Of a stretch of 64,000 bases of DNA, positions 39,686 through 48,366 are shown in pieces (position 1 is the stretch's first letter; every line of letters starts with the position of its first letter). A program made the translations under genes and the position numbers. The notes below the pieces were generated by a model. It was not told where the DNA came from, made no database searches, and saw only the letters and a list, made by a program, of their open reading frames with translations. Source of the DNA: SAR86 cluster bacterium (GTDB lineage Bacteria; Pseudomonadota; Gammaproteobacteria; Magnimaribacterales; TMED112); NCBI GenBank assembly GCA_016779525.1, contig JADHNL010000001.1, positions 13,109 to 77,108 of the forward strand, written 5' to 3'.

Positions 39686-40412
39686 ATCTATTTGTTTGAT
39701 TCCTGCACGCATGAATTCCTCAAGGTTTCCAGGGAAACCACTTGAAAAAATTAATGGTATTGAAATGATTAAAATTTGTTATCAAAATGCAGAATCTGCA
39801 GATTGTTTCGATCATATTTATATCGCTACACCTGATAAAGAAATTATGGAATTCTGCAAACTCAATAGCATGCATTCAATCATGACCTCTGATAAGCATG
39901 AAAGATGTACTAGTAGAACTTTAGAGGCAGTACTGAAGCTTAATAAATTAAATAAAAGAATTTCAAAAATTGTAATGCTTCAAGGCGATGAACCTTTAAT
40001 CAGTTCTAATATGTTAAAACAATCACTGGAATCATTACAATCTTCAAAAATTACAAATCTAGTAACAAGAATTCGTGATACAAAAGAGATAGATGATGTT
40101 AACGAAGTAAAAGTAGTTTTGTCTGCAAATGGTAACGCAATATATTTCTCAAGATCAAGAATCCCCGCAACCAAAGATGATATTGATTATGATATTTATA
40201 AACAGGTTTGTGCTATAGCCTTTGATCTAGAGTCGTTAAAACTGTTTGAAAATTTACCAGAGAGCACACTAGAAAGAATAGAATCAATTGATATGAATAG
40301 ATTGATTGAGAATGAAATACAGATAAAAGCTGTAATTGTTAATGGTCAAATTGCTAGTGTAGATACACCAAGTGACTTAATGAAAGTAGAAAATTTAATT
40401 TCTAATGGATAA
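39678..40412 (+). CDS. KdsB-family cytidylyltransferase (CMP-ulosonic acid synthetase-like)
   Basis: 244-aa ORF with ICLIPARMNSSRFPGKPLEKINGIEMI, LQGDEPLI, AIYFSRSRIP, IESIDMNRLIEN and VDTPSDLMKV, which parallel E. coli KdsB motifs. Confidence 0.7.
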   Translation: MSESICLIPARMNSSRFPGKPLEKINGIEMIKICYQNAESADCFDHIYIATPDKEIMEFCKLNSMHSIMTSDKHERCTSRTLEAVLKLNKLNKRISKIVMLQGDEPLISSNMLKQSLESLQSSKITNLVTRIRDTKEIDDVNEVKVVLSANGNAIYFSRSRIPATKDDIDYDIYKQVCAIAFDLESLKLFENLPESTLERIESIDMNRLIENEIQIKAVIVNGQIASVDTPSDLMKVENLISNG

Positions 40413-41343
40413 TTGTTTTCTAGTTACAGGCTGCGGCGGTTTTATTGCTTCAAAACTGATTAAAGAACTAAAGAATGATGATCCAAATCAACGAATCATA
40501 GGCATTGATAACTTCACTACAGGTTATCAAGATAATATTCCTGATGATATATTTTTCTACAAAGGTGATTGTGCCGACAGGGATTTACTAAACATTATTT
40601 TTGGCAAACATAAAATCTCAAAGATCTTTCACTTTGCTGCACAAAGTTCAGGTGAGATAAGTTTTGATAACCCAGAATACGATTTAAAGACTAATACTTT
40701 GTCAACATTATATCTGCTTGATAAATCTGTTGAATATGAAGTTGATCAGTTTATATTTGCTAGCACTATGTCTGTTTATGGTGACGCTAATGAAAAAGCA
40801 AGTGAAGTCCATAAGTGTAATCCAAAATCTTTCTATGGTGTTGGTAAGTTGGCTAGTGAAAACTATCTATCGATCTATAAGAGGCAGTTCAATCTTAACT
40901 GTATTTCTTTAAGATTATTTAATGTATATGGCCCAGGACAAAACCTTAAGAATCTTAGACAAGGAATGGTAAGTATTTATTTAGCACAATTGATGAAATC
41001 TAAAGATATTGAAGTGCATGGATCTTTAAAACGATTTAGAGATTTAATTTATATCGATGATGTGACAAGAATTATTCTAAATTTAACTAAATGGAGGAGC
41101 TTTGATTTTGATGTATTAAATATTGGAACTGGTTTAAAAACAAGCGTGGAAAACATAATTCTTGGGATATGTAATGCCTTAGAAGTTAGCTATAAAGATA
41201 TAAAAATAACACATCCCAAAGAAACACTTGGCGATATCAATGGCATATATGCCAATAATGAAAGATTACTAGAATCAATACCAATGGATTTTATCAAATT
41301 TGATCAAGGTATATTAAAGATGGTGGATAGTGTAAATGATTAA
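40405..41343 (+). CDS. NAD-dependent epimerase/dehydratase (extended SDR)
   Basis: 312-aa ORF with FLVTGCGGFIASKLIKEL, HFAAQSS, YGVGKLASE (YxxxK) and RLFNVYGPGQ. Confidence 0.7.
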   Translation: MDNCFLVTGCGGFIASKLIKELKNDDPNQRIIGIDNFTTGYQDNIPDDIFFYKGDCADRDLLNIIFGKHKISKIFHFAAQSSGEISFDNPEYDLKTNTLSTLYLLDKSVEYEVDQFIFASTMSVYGDANEKASEVHKCNPKSFYGVGKLASENYLSIYKRQFNLNCISLRLFNVYGPGQNLKNLRQGMVSIYLAQLMKSKDIEVHGSLKRFRDLIYIDDVTRIILNLTKWRSFDFDVLNIGTGLKTSVENIILGICNALEVSYKDIKITHPKETLGDINGIYANNERLLESIPMDFIKFDQGILKMVDSVND

Positions 41344-41762
41344 TAATAAAAAAGTTATTACAGTTATACCAGCAAGATTGGGCTCTTACAGGTTCCCAAC
41401 AAAACCAATTGAAAAGATTGCAGGAATACCAATGTTAGAGAGGGTTTTTAATGGAGCTAAAGGTTGTTACAGATAAAGATGGATATGCACTATATTTTTC
41501 TAGAAACCCTATTCCAGCAGAATGGTTTGGCGATAAAGAATTTAAATATAAGTTAGAAATCTGTGTTATGCCTTTTCATGCTTGGGCAATAGAAAAATTT
41601 ATGTAATTAGATGAAGGCATTCTTGAGGATATTGAATCAGTTGACATGTTAAGGCTTTTAGAAAATAACGTGAAAGTAAAGATGGTTAAATCTCCAATTA
41701 ATATGCAGAGCGTTGATGTTCCTGAAGATATTCTTAAAGTTGAATCAATTCTAAAAAAATGA
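41336..41762 (+). pseudogene. Decayed second KdsB-family cytidylyltransferase gene (frameshift, internal deletion, in-frame stop)
   Basis: No ORF of 60 aa or more lies here. Frame 1 from ATG 41336 reads MINNKKVITVIPARLGSYRFPTKPIEKIAGIPMLERVFNGAKGCYR* (stop 41474-41476). A second frame from about 41466 reads VTDKDGYALYFSRNPIPAEWFGDKEFKYKLEICVMPFHAWAIEKFM*, with TAA at 41604-41606. It continues LDEGILEDIESVDMLRLLENNVKVKMVKSPINMQSVDVPEDILKVESILKK* (TGA 41760-41762). Both ends match KdsB motifs, but the central third including the QGDEP region is absent. Confidence 0.8.
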
Positions 41763-43084
41763 AAGTCAGAAGTAATGGTTCATCGGTTAATTTACTTCTA
41801 TACTTTTTTTTGTTCATAGCTTTTGTGGCTCCTAGAGGTTTTGGGATCAATGTTCTCGGATCTGTAATTGATATTACCGAGGTTACATTTATTGGAGCTT
41901 TTGCACTTATCTTAAGTAGAATCTCTATAAGTAAAACATCAGAGCAATTATTCTTAACAACTTTAGTTCTCATCCCTATTATTGGTGTTTTGCTAAATAG
42001 TTTCGAAACTCTTTTACCAATATCGCGATTTGTATTTTATTTTTTTTTAGTCATTAGTGGGTATCTAATAGGTAGATTTTTATTTTCGAATACGTTAGGA
42101 GAAAATAATTTCTACTTAATTGTGCAGACTATAATTTTCTTTAATTTGTTTATGCTTCTGGTTGGGTTAATTAATCACTTCTTTAACATAGTCAACTTTG
42201 ACCAATTCAGAGCTTATGATGAAAGTAATCTTGTAAATCTTGGAAGTCTCCAACGAATGATAGATGGGTATTTAGGTTTTTATGCATTTCGTGGCAATCA
42301 GCTTGCTTCAAATGAGTTTGCAATTTTACAATCTTCATTATTTGCAATGTCACTTTCATACTACTATCTAAATTTTAAATATTTAACTAAACAGGCAATT
42401 CCCCTACTGATATTGTCAATAATTGTTTCTTTTGCATGTATTATTCTTTCACAAAGCAGAGGAGTAATAGTTATTGCAGTTATTCTCCTTTTATCTTTCC
42501 ACTTTTATGGGATTAGAAAGAAGATTGGCATTTCAAGACAACCATTAAACTTTTTAGCTGCCTTGATAGCATTCTTTTCAATTTATTTTTACGATCAGCT
42601 TTTATTTGTGCTGACTAACATCACAACAATTTTAAATTACGTAGGCTTGGAGGGAATTAATGGTGCAGTTGTAAATTCATTTGAAACTTCTAAAAGAATT
42701 ATAGCTTTAAGAAGCTTTGCTGACATTGTAATTGAATATCCATATTTTTTGATTTATGGATTTGGAGAGGGTTTTTGGAACTACCACCCATTAGATAAAA
42801 TAACAATTTTTTCAGATTCTGGATTTTTTATAACTTACTTGATGGAATTTGGACTGATTTCATCAATCATTTTCATAGCTTACTCCTATAAGATACTTTT
42901 GAATGTAATTAAACTAAAAAAAGTAGCTTTGACAGTTTTTTTCTTTTCTTTTGCTGTTCTGCTAATTTGCATGCAAATTACTTCTTTTAAAACAAACCAA
43001 TGGTATTTATACTTCTTCTTAGGCATTTGTTCATTTCTAAGCAGTTATTATGAAAGTAGGTATAACCACAATTCCATTCCATGA
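41759..43084 (+). CDS. Wzy-like O-antigen/capsule polymerase (O-antigen ligase-like domain)
   Basis: 441-aa polytopic membrane ORF. The region LSQSRGVIVIAVILLL followed by a large loop resembles the Wzy_C/O-antigen ligase domain. The context fits a polymerase. Confidence 0.5.
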   Translation: MKVRSNGSSVNLLLYFFLFIAFVAPRGFGINVLGSVIDITEVTFIGAFALILSRISISKTSEQLFLTTLVLIPIIGVLLNSFETLLPISRFVFYFFLVISGYLIGRFLFSNTLGENNFYLIVQTIIFFNLFMLLVGLINHFFNIVNFDQFRAYDESNLVNLGSLQRMIDGYLGFYAFRGNQLASNEFAILQSSLFAMSLSYYYLNFKYLTKQAIPLLILSIIVSFACIILSQSRGVIVIAVILLLSFHFYGIRKKIGISRQPLNFLAALIAFFSIYFYDQLLFVLTNITTILNYVGLEGINGAVVNSFETSKRIIALRSFADIVIEYPYFLIYGFGEGFWNYHPLDKITIFSDSGFFITYLMEFGLISSIIFIAYSYKILLNVIKLKKVALTVFFFSFAVLLICMQITSFKTNQWYLYFFLGICSFLSSYYESRYNHNSIP

Positions 43085-43970
43085 AGACAACATTAAGTTA
43101 TTAGAAAGTTATGGATTTAAGGTTAAATTAAATCCATTCAATCAGAAAATTCAACGCCATCAAATTTATGATTTTTTGAATGACTGTGATGCAGTTATCG
43201 CTGGAACTGAAATTTATGATGAAGATATTTTACATAAATTAAAGAATCTTAAAGCCATATCACGCGTGGGGGTGGGGACTGATAATGTCAATCATTCTGC
43301 AGCAGAAAAACTAAATATTAAAATATTTAACACTCCTTCTGCACCATCAAAAGCTGTAGCAGAGTATTGTTTGGGCTTGATAATTTACTTCTTAAGAGAT
43401 GTACACTTTTCAAACTTGAGGCTTAAAAGAAAAGTTTGGAGTAGAGAGCTTTCCTTATCTTTAGAAGATGCAAAAATATGTATTGTTGGTGGAGGAAGGA
43501 TTGCAAAAAAACTTGTAAAAATGCTTATTGCTTGTGGGGCAAAAAATATAATTGTGATAGATACAATTGACTTATCTAAAGATGCTGATTGGAAACATGA
43601 AGCAATTAGATTTGGGGATAAAACACAACTTTCTAATGCAGATATAATTTCATTCCATGTCCCTTTAACAACTAACACTAAAAACTATCTAAATTTTGAG
43701 GTATTTAAGGGGTTCAAAAAAAAGCCGTACATCATTAACACCAGTAGAGGTGAAATTATAAATGAAGAAGACTTAAAATTTGCTTTAGAAAAAGATCTTA
43801 TAAGAGGAGGAGCATTAGATGTTTTCAAAGAGGAGCCATATAATGGGAATTTAACAGAATACCACCAATTAATTACCACTCCTCATATAGCATCAACCTC
43901 TAAATCATCTAGAATGTTTATGGAGAAACAGAGTTGTAAAAATTTAATTGAATATGCAGAAAAAAAATAA
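43050..43970 (+). CDS. D-isomer-specific 2-hydroxyacid dehydrogenase family protein
   Basis: 306-aa ORF with VGGGRIAKKLVKML (NAD site), SFHVPLTTNTKNYLN, INTSRGEIINEEDL, GGALDVFKEEP and TPHIAS. Confidence 0.75.
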   Translation: MKVGITTIPFHEDNIKLLESYGFKVKLNPFNQKIQRHQIYDFLNDCDAVIAGTEIYDEDILHKLKNLKAISRVGVGTDNVNHSAAEKLNIKIFNTPSAPSKAVAEYCLGLIIYFLRDVHFSNLRLKRKVWSRELSLSLEDAKICIVGGGRIAKKLVKMLIACGAKNIIVIDTIDLSKDADWKHEAIRFGDKTQLSNADIISFHVPLTTNTKNYLNFEVFKGFKKKPYIINTSRGEIINEEDLKFALEKDLIRGGALDVFKEEPYNGNLTEYHQLITTPHIASTSKSSRMFMEKQSCKNLIEYAEKK

Positions 43971-44838
43971 GAATAAAATATTAATTTTTGGTGGCAATGG
44001 ATTTATAGGTAGTGCAGTTGCTAACAAACTACTATCTCAAGGGTATAGTGTTTCAGTTGCTGATGTACATGAAAAACCAAGTAATAAGAATATCGAATAC
44101 TTTAATATTGATATCACTGACTCTAAGAGCTTTTCCAATAAGCTTGATAAAGATTTTGATATTATTTTTAACTTTGCTGCGGTAGCTGATATTGGGGAAT
44201 CAAGTAAATTTTTTGATAAAACAATATCAACCAACATTCTAGGAAATATAAATATTCTTAATTTTTCAAAAGAAATAAATATTGAAAGATTTGTATATGC
44301 ATCAAGCATGTATGTTTTTGGTGATAAAGGTGGGGTATATGGTGCATCTAAAAAAGTTTCTGAGATTCTTGTTCAGCAATATGCTGAAAGATTTGGTTTT
44401 TCTTTCACACATTTAAGGTATGGATCATTGTATGGCCCTGGAGCACAAGACTGGAATAGTATAAAAAGATATGTGAAATCTATTAATAAAGAAAAGCAAA
44501 TAAAACATTGGGGTACAGGTGAAGAAGTTAGAGAATATATTCATGTAGATGATGCTGCAAAATTAACTTTAAAAGCTGTTGAGAAGAAATATGAAAATAC
44601 TGCACTTTCTATAACAGGACATCAAAAATATACCTCAAAGGAATTAATATCTATGATCTTTGAGATGATGAATATAAAACCAAAAATCACATTTGAAAAT
44701 AAAATTTCTAATGAACATTATAAGTTTTCACCATATAGCCACACACCTCTTCTTGGCAATAAACTAATTTCAGAAGAATATATAGATTTTGGTCAAGGCC
44801 TTCAACAAGAAATTCTGAAGATCATTGAGGAAGAGTGA
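43954..44838 (+). CDS. NAD-dependent epimerase/dehydratase (SDR)
   Basis: ILIFGGNGFIGSAVANKLL, YGASKKVSE (YxxxK), LRYGSLYGPG. The track starts at TTG 43948; ATG 43954 is the likelier start. Confidence 0.7.
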   Translation: MQKKNKNKILIFGGNGFIGSAVANKLLSQGYSVSVADVHEKPSNKNIEYFNIDITDSKSFSNKLDKDFDIIFNFAAVADIGESSKFFDKTISTNILGNINILNFSKEINIERFVYASSMYVFGDKGGVYGASKKVSEILVQQYAERFGFSFTHLRYGSLYGPGAQDWNSIKRYVKSINKEKQIKHWGTGEEVREYIHVDDAAKLTLKAVEKKYENTALSITGHQKYTSKELISMIFEMMNIKPKITFENKISNEHYKFSPYSHTPLLGNKLISEEYIDFGQGLQQEILKIIEEE

Positions 44839-46322
44839 AAGATTCTGATTCTATAATTGATTTTAACAAACTCCTAGACATGTTACTCAAGCAAAATAAA
44901 GGCTTGAGAGAATGGTTCTTTTTGCCTACATTTCATAAGAACACGAACACATCTACACTTTTTAAACCTTTCCTAGAGAAATACAAGCATATAGACAATG
45001 AGAGATATTGCTCGAAGCAATTTAATTTTAAATTTTTTTCATCTGTAAAATACATTGGAAAAATTATTTTTTTCTATATCGGAATGTCATTGTTTTTTCT
45101 TGCAGTAAAGTTATTGCCTAGAAACAAAATGAAAGGTGGAAACAAAGTTTATTTTGAGGTTTTTGAAGATGGAGGAAATATGCCAATTGGTTATCATAAT
45201 TACCCTGCATTAATTAATCAGGATAGAGTTAGCCTCAAGCCAAAAATTTCGTTTTTAGTTAACTTGTTAAATATTTTTTCCCTAAGACAAATTTTAAATA
45301 TTAGATTAAAAACGAAGAAAACTAAATTTCACATTCTTTTCCCTGAGAGAGAAATGAAATTTTCCGATATTTTTGAATTTCACTGCAACATTAATTTATT
45401 AAAATCAAATTTACCAAGCAAACTAATATTCAACGATCTTAACTTTAAAGATTTAATAACAAATTCTTTAAATAAGAATATGGTATCAAGAAGTGCATTT
45501 TTTGGCTTCTTGAGAAAAAAATATTTCGATAAGCACAAAAAATATTTTTCTGAAACTAAGCTTCTCCTATGGAATGAGAATCATGTTTATGACAGAGCAT
45601 GCTGTATTGCAATGAACTCTGAAATAAGCAATGTCTATGGAATGCAAAGCTTTGCTCCAAGTTATTTTAAAAACTGTGATACTCCTTCAGATATAGATGT
45701 AGAAAATTCTTTATGCCCAAAGAAAATTTATAGAGTATTTAATACCAAACAATCAAACAAAATTATTTACAAAAAAATGCCTGCATTTAGGCTTAAAGAA
45801 TATTTTTCCTCAGAAAGAAAATTTAAAAAAGAAAATTTTGTCTTCTTTGCATTGCCACTACTTAACCCAGATGATGAAAGATATACTGATTTAGCATTAT
45901 TGGCTAAAGATCTAAAAGAAGCAGGTTTCAATATATCTGTGAAATTTCATCCCCTTCAAGATGAGTCACACAAAAAATTATTTCTTAGTTTTACCAATGA
46001 AATTAATATTGTTTCCTCCCTCACTACTCACTTAAAGCACGCAAAAATTGTAATCAGTACTGGGCTTTCGACGGTATATTATGAAAGCTTTTTTTTTGGT
46101 ACAGTGTCAGTGAATTTTTCCAATCCTTCTTTCAAGATAGATGTTGATTTACCTGAAGGTGCTTTTTTTCAAACCACGAGCTTTAAAACTATATTGAGCA
46201 TAATAGATAAGAAAAGAGATATACATGAAAAAACAATTGAAGAATATTTATCGCAATTCATTAACCCCTCAGATGAGAATATAAAAGATTTTCTTAATGA
46301 AGTGGTAAATAGCGGCCAGTAA
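44835..46322 (+). CDS. Uncharacterised membrane-anchored transferase-like protein
   Basis: 495-aa ORF with a GTG start overlapping the upstream stop. It has one N-terminal TM (IGKIIFFYIGMSLFFLAV). The C-terminal region FVFFALPLLNPDD...SVKFHPLQDESHKK...VISTGLSTVYYESFFFG resembles the C-terminal Rossmann half of GT-B, capsule or teichoic-type transferases. There is no confident family call. Confidence 0.3.
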   Translation: MKDSDSIIDFNKLLDMLLKQNKGLREWFFLPTFHKNTNTSTLFKPFLEKYKHIDNERYCSKQFNFKFFSSVKYIGKIIFFYIGMSLFFLAVKLLPRNKMKGGNKVYFEVFEDGGNMPIGYHNYPALINQDRVSLKPKISFLVNLLNIFSLRQILNIRLKTKKTKFHILFPEREMKFSDIFEFHCNINLLKSNLPSKLIFNDLNFKDLITNSLNKNMVSRSAFFGFLRKKYFDKHKKYFSETKLLLWNENHVYDRACCIAMNSEISNVYGMQSFAPSYFKNCDTPSDIDVENSLCPKKIYRVFNTKQSNKIIYKKMPAFRLKEYFSSERKFKKENFVFFALPLLNPDDERYTDLALLAKDLKEAGFNISVKFHPLQDESHKKLFLSFTNEINIVSSLTTHLKHAKIVISTGLSTVYYESFFFGTVSVNFSNPSFKIDVDLPEGAFFQTTSFKTILSIIDKKRDIHEKTIEEYLSQFINPSDENIKDFLNEVVNSGQ

Positions 46323-46355
46323 AGTTTAATGATCAAGGTATAATCTTCATTTGAT

Positions 46356-47171
46356 ATGAGCAAAACTGCTAGTAAGAAACATCAAGTCTCGATTATTTTG
46401 CCTATTTTTAATGCGGAGAAATATTTAGAACAAACTATTAAGAGCGTTTTAAGTCAAAACTATCTATTTTGGGAATTATTATGTATAGATGACTGCTCAA
46501 CTGATGGTTCTCCTGAAATAGTAAAAAAATTTGCTCAAAATGATAATAGAATTAGGTTTTTTTCAACTGCTAATAATAGTGGTGGCCCTGCTACACCAAG
46601 AAACATCGGCATTAAGAATGCAAGAGGCAAGCTAATCTGTTTTTTAGATGCTGATGATATTTGGAAAAAATCTAAGCTGCATACTCAAATTAAGGAGATG
46701 CGACAGTATGACTTTATTTCTACAAGTTATGATGTTATTGATTCGGAAGGAAAACTAATTGACAGTATTGACCTAGCAGCCAAAAGTTTTTTCATGAAAC
46801 TTTTTTTTGGGAAAAACTTTCTAATTTTTTCAAACACTATAAATACCAATAGCGTGATGATAGTAAATAAAAAACTTCCAGATTTTAATATAAAGCAAAA
46901 CTATATTGCTATTGAAGATTGGATCTATTGGATTGAGCTTGTTAAGAAAGGTTTTAAGTACAAGCTTATAAATAAAAGATTAATTCAATATAGGGTTCAC
47001 AATGAATCTATATCTCGCAGACACACAAATGACAGCTATTACAAACAAATAAGTTTTTTGAAATCTGCAGATTTCTCAGGAAATAATTTTATTAAAGCAA
47101 TTGGCATTATTGCCTTGAGAATAAAAATCGTAATAAGAACAATAACAAATTTATTTTTTAAACTTCGATGA
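46356..47171 (+). CDS. Family 2 glycosyltransferase
   Basis: 271-aa ORF with VSIILPIFNAEKYLEQTIKSVLSQ, IDDCSTDGS, NSGGPATPRNIGI and FLDADD (DxD). Confidence 0.82.
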   Translation: MSKTASKKHQVSIILPIFNAEKYLEQTIKSVLSQNYLFWELLCIDDCSTDGSPEIVKKFAQNDNRIRFFSTANNSGGPATPRNIGIKNARGKLICFLDADDIWKKSKLHTQIKEMRQYDFISTSYDVIDSEGKLIDSIDLAAKSFFMKLFFGKNFLIFSNTINTNSVMIVNKKLPDFNIKQNYIAIEDWIYWIELVKKGFKYKLINKRLIQYRVHNESISRRHTNDSYYKQISFLKSADFSGNNFIKAIGIIALRIKIVIRTITNLFFKLR

Positions 47172-48298
47172 GAATTGCTCTTTTTGCACCACGATCATCC
47201 TCACTTAGGTATCATTGGATTAATATTGCCAAAATTTTAAATAAGATGGGCCATGATATTTACTTTATTGCGCAGTTTGATGAAGCTATGCCTAAAAATC
47301 AAGTTGGTTTCAAATATGTAGAAATAAATATAAAAATTTCACCATCCTCTACATCAATTTTTACTCAGCTTAATGAAAGTTTCACACTAGCAAAATTACT
47401 TAGATATCATCAAATTGATGTCGTACATGCTTTTTATATTAAATCTGCTTTCTTAGCCTTGCTATCGAGTTTTATGACAAAGAAAAAATATTTCTTTTTG
47501 CACTTATGTGGTCTGGGGTCATTATTCGAATCAGATAGTATGAAAGCAAAGATTCAGAGATTTCTATTGATGAATTTTTTTAAAATATGTAGCTACTTAA
47601 AAAATAAAACATATGTTTTGGAAACGAGCTTTTTATTAGAAAAATTAGTAAAAAAATATCGCTTCAAAAGATCAGCAATGGTGCAGACATGTGGTGTTGG
47701 AATAGATACTGAAAAATTTGCCCCAACAGCTACTAGAAAGATTTCAACACTGAGATTTATCATGGTCTCAAGACTGCTTGTTGATAAAGGCATCATGGAG
47801 TACCTTCAGGCTTCCAAGAAGATTTTAAATAGTTACCATGATGTTGAATTTGCTCTAATCGGCATGCCTTGGGAAAGCAATCCAAATTCAATAAGTGCAG
47901 CAAAACTTAATCAAGTCATGCATCCTAAACTTAAGCATATAGAGCAAACAGACAAGATACACACAATTCTTCCAGAGTATGATATTTTCATATTACCTTC
48001 TTATCACGAGGGTTTATCAGCTAGTGCAATGGAGGCAGCATCTAGTGGGTTAGTATTGTTGCTAAGCGATATTCCTGGGTGTAAGGAGCTTGTCAAAGAA
48101 GATATAAATGGATATCTCTTTGAACCTCGAAGTGCAGAAGCTTTACAGGCTGCTATATCTAATATTCTCAAGAAAAAGTCTAACATTATCAAGATGAAAG
48201 AAAGCTCAAGAAACCTAATAAAGGAAAACTTCTCTATAGAAACCCTTAGAGAACAAATTATGAAAATATATAATGAAAGAGTTTATTCTCCCAAGTAA
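47168..48298 (+). CDS. Family 4 (GT-B) glycosyltransferase
   Basis: 376-aa ORF. FILPSYHEGLSASAMEAASSGLVLLLSDIPGCKELV is the EX7E region. VSRLLVDKGI is typical of GT4. Confidence 0.78.
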   Translation: MRIALFAPRSSSLRYHWINIAKILNKMGHDIYFIAQFDEAMPKNQVGFKYVEINIKISPSSTSIFTQLNESFTLAKLLRYHQIDVVHAFYIKSAFLALLSSFMTKKKYFFLHLCGLGSLFESDSMKAKIQRFLLMNFFKICSYLKNKTYVLETSFLLEKLVKKYRFKRSAMVQTCGVGIDTEKFAPTATRKISTLRFIMVSRLLVDKGIMEYLQASKKILNSYHDVEFALIGMPWESNPNSISAAKLNQVMHPKLKHIEQTDKIHTILPEYDIFILPSYHEGLSASAMEAASSGLVLLLSDIPGCKELVKEDINGYLFEPRSAEALQAAISNILKKKSNIIKMKESSRNLIKENFSIETLREQIMKIYNERVYSPK

Positions 48299-48366
48299 TG
48301 TAAATTTAAACCATAATTTGTTTTAAAATACTTATTTAAAAAAATACATAAACCATTGTCGTTAAC

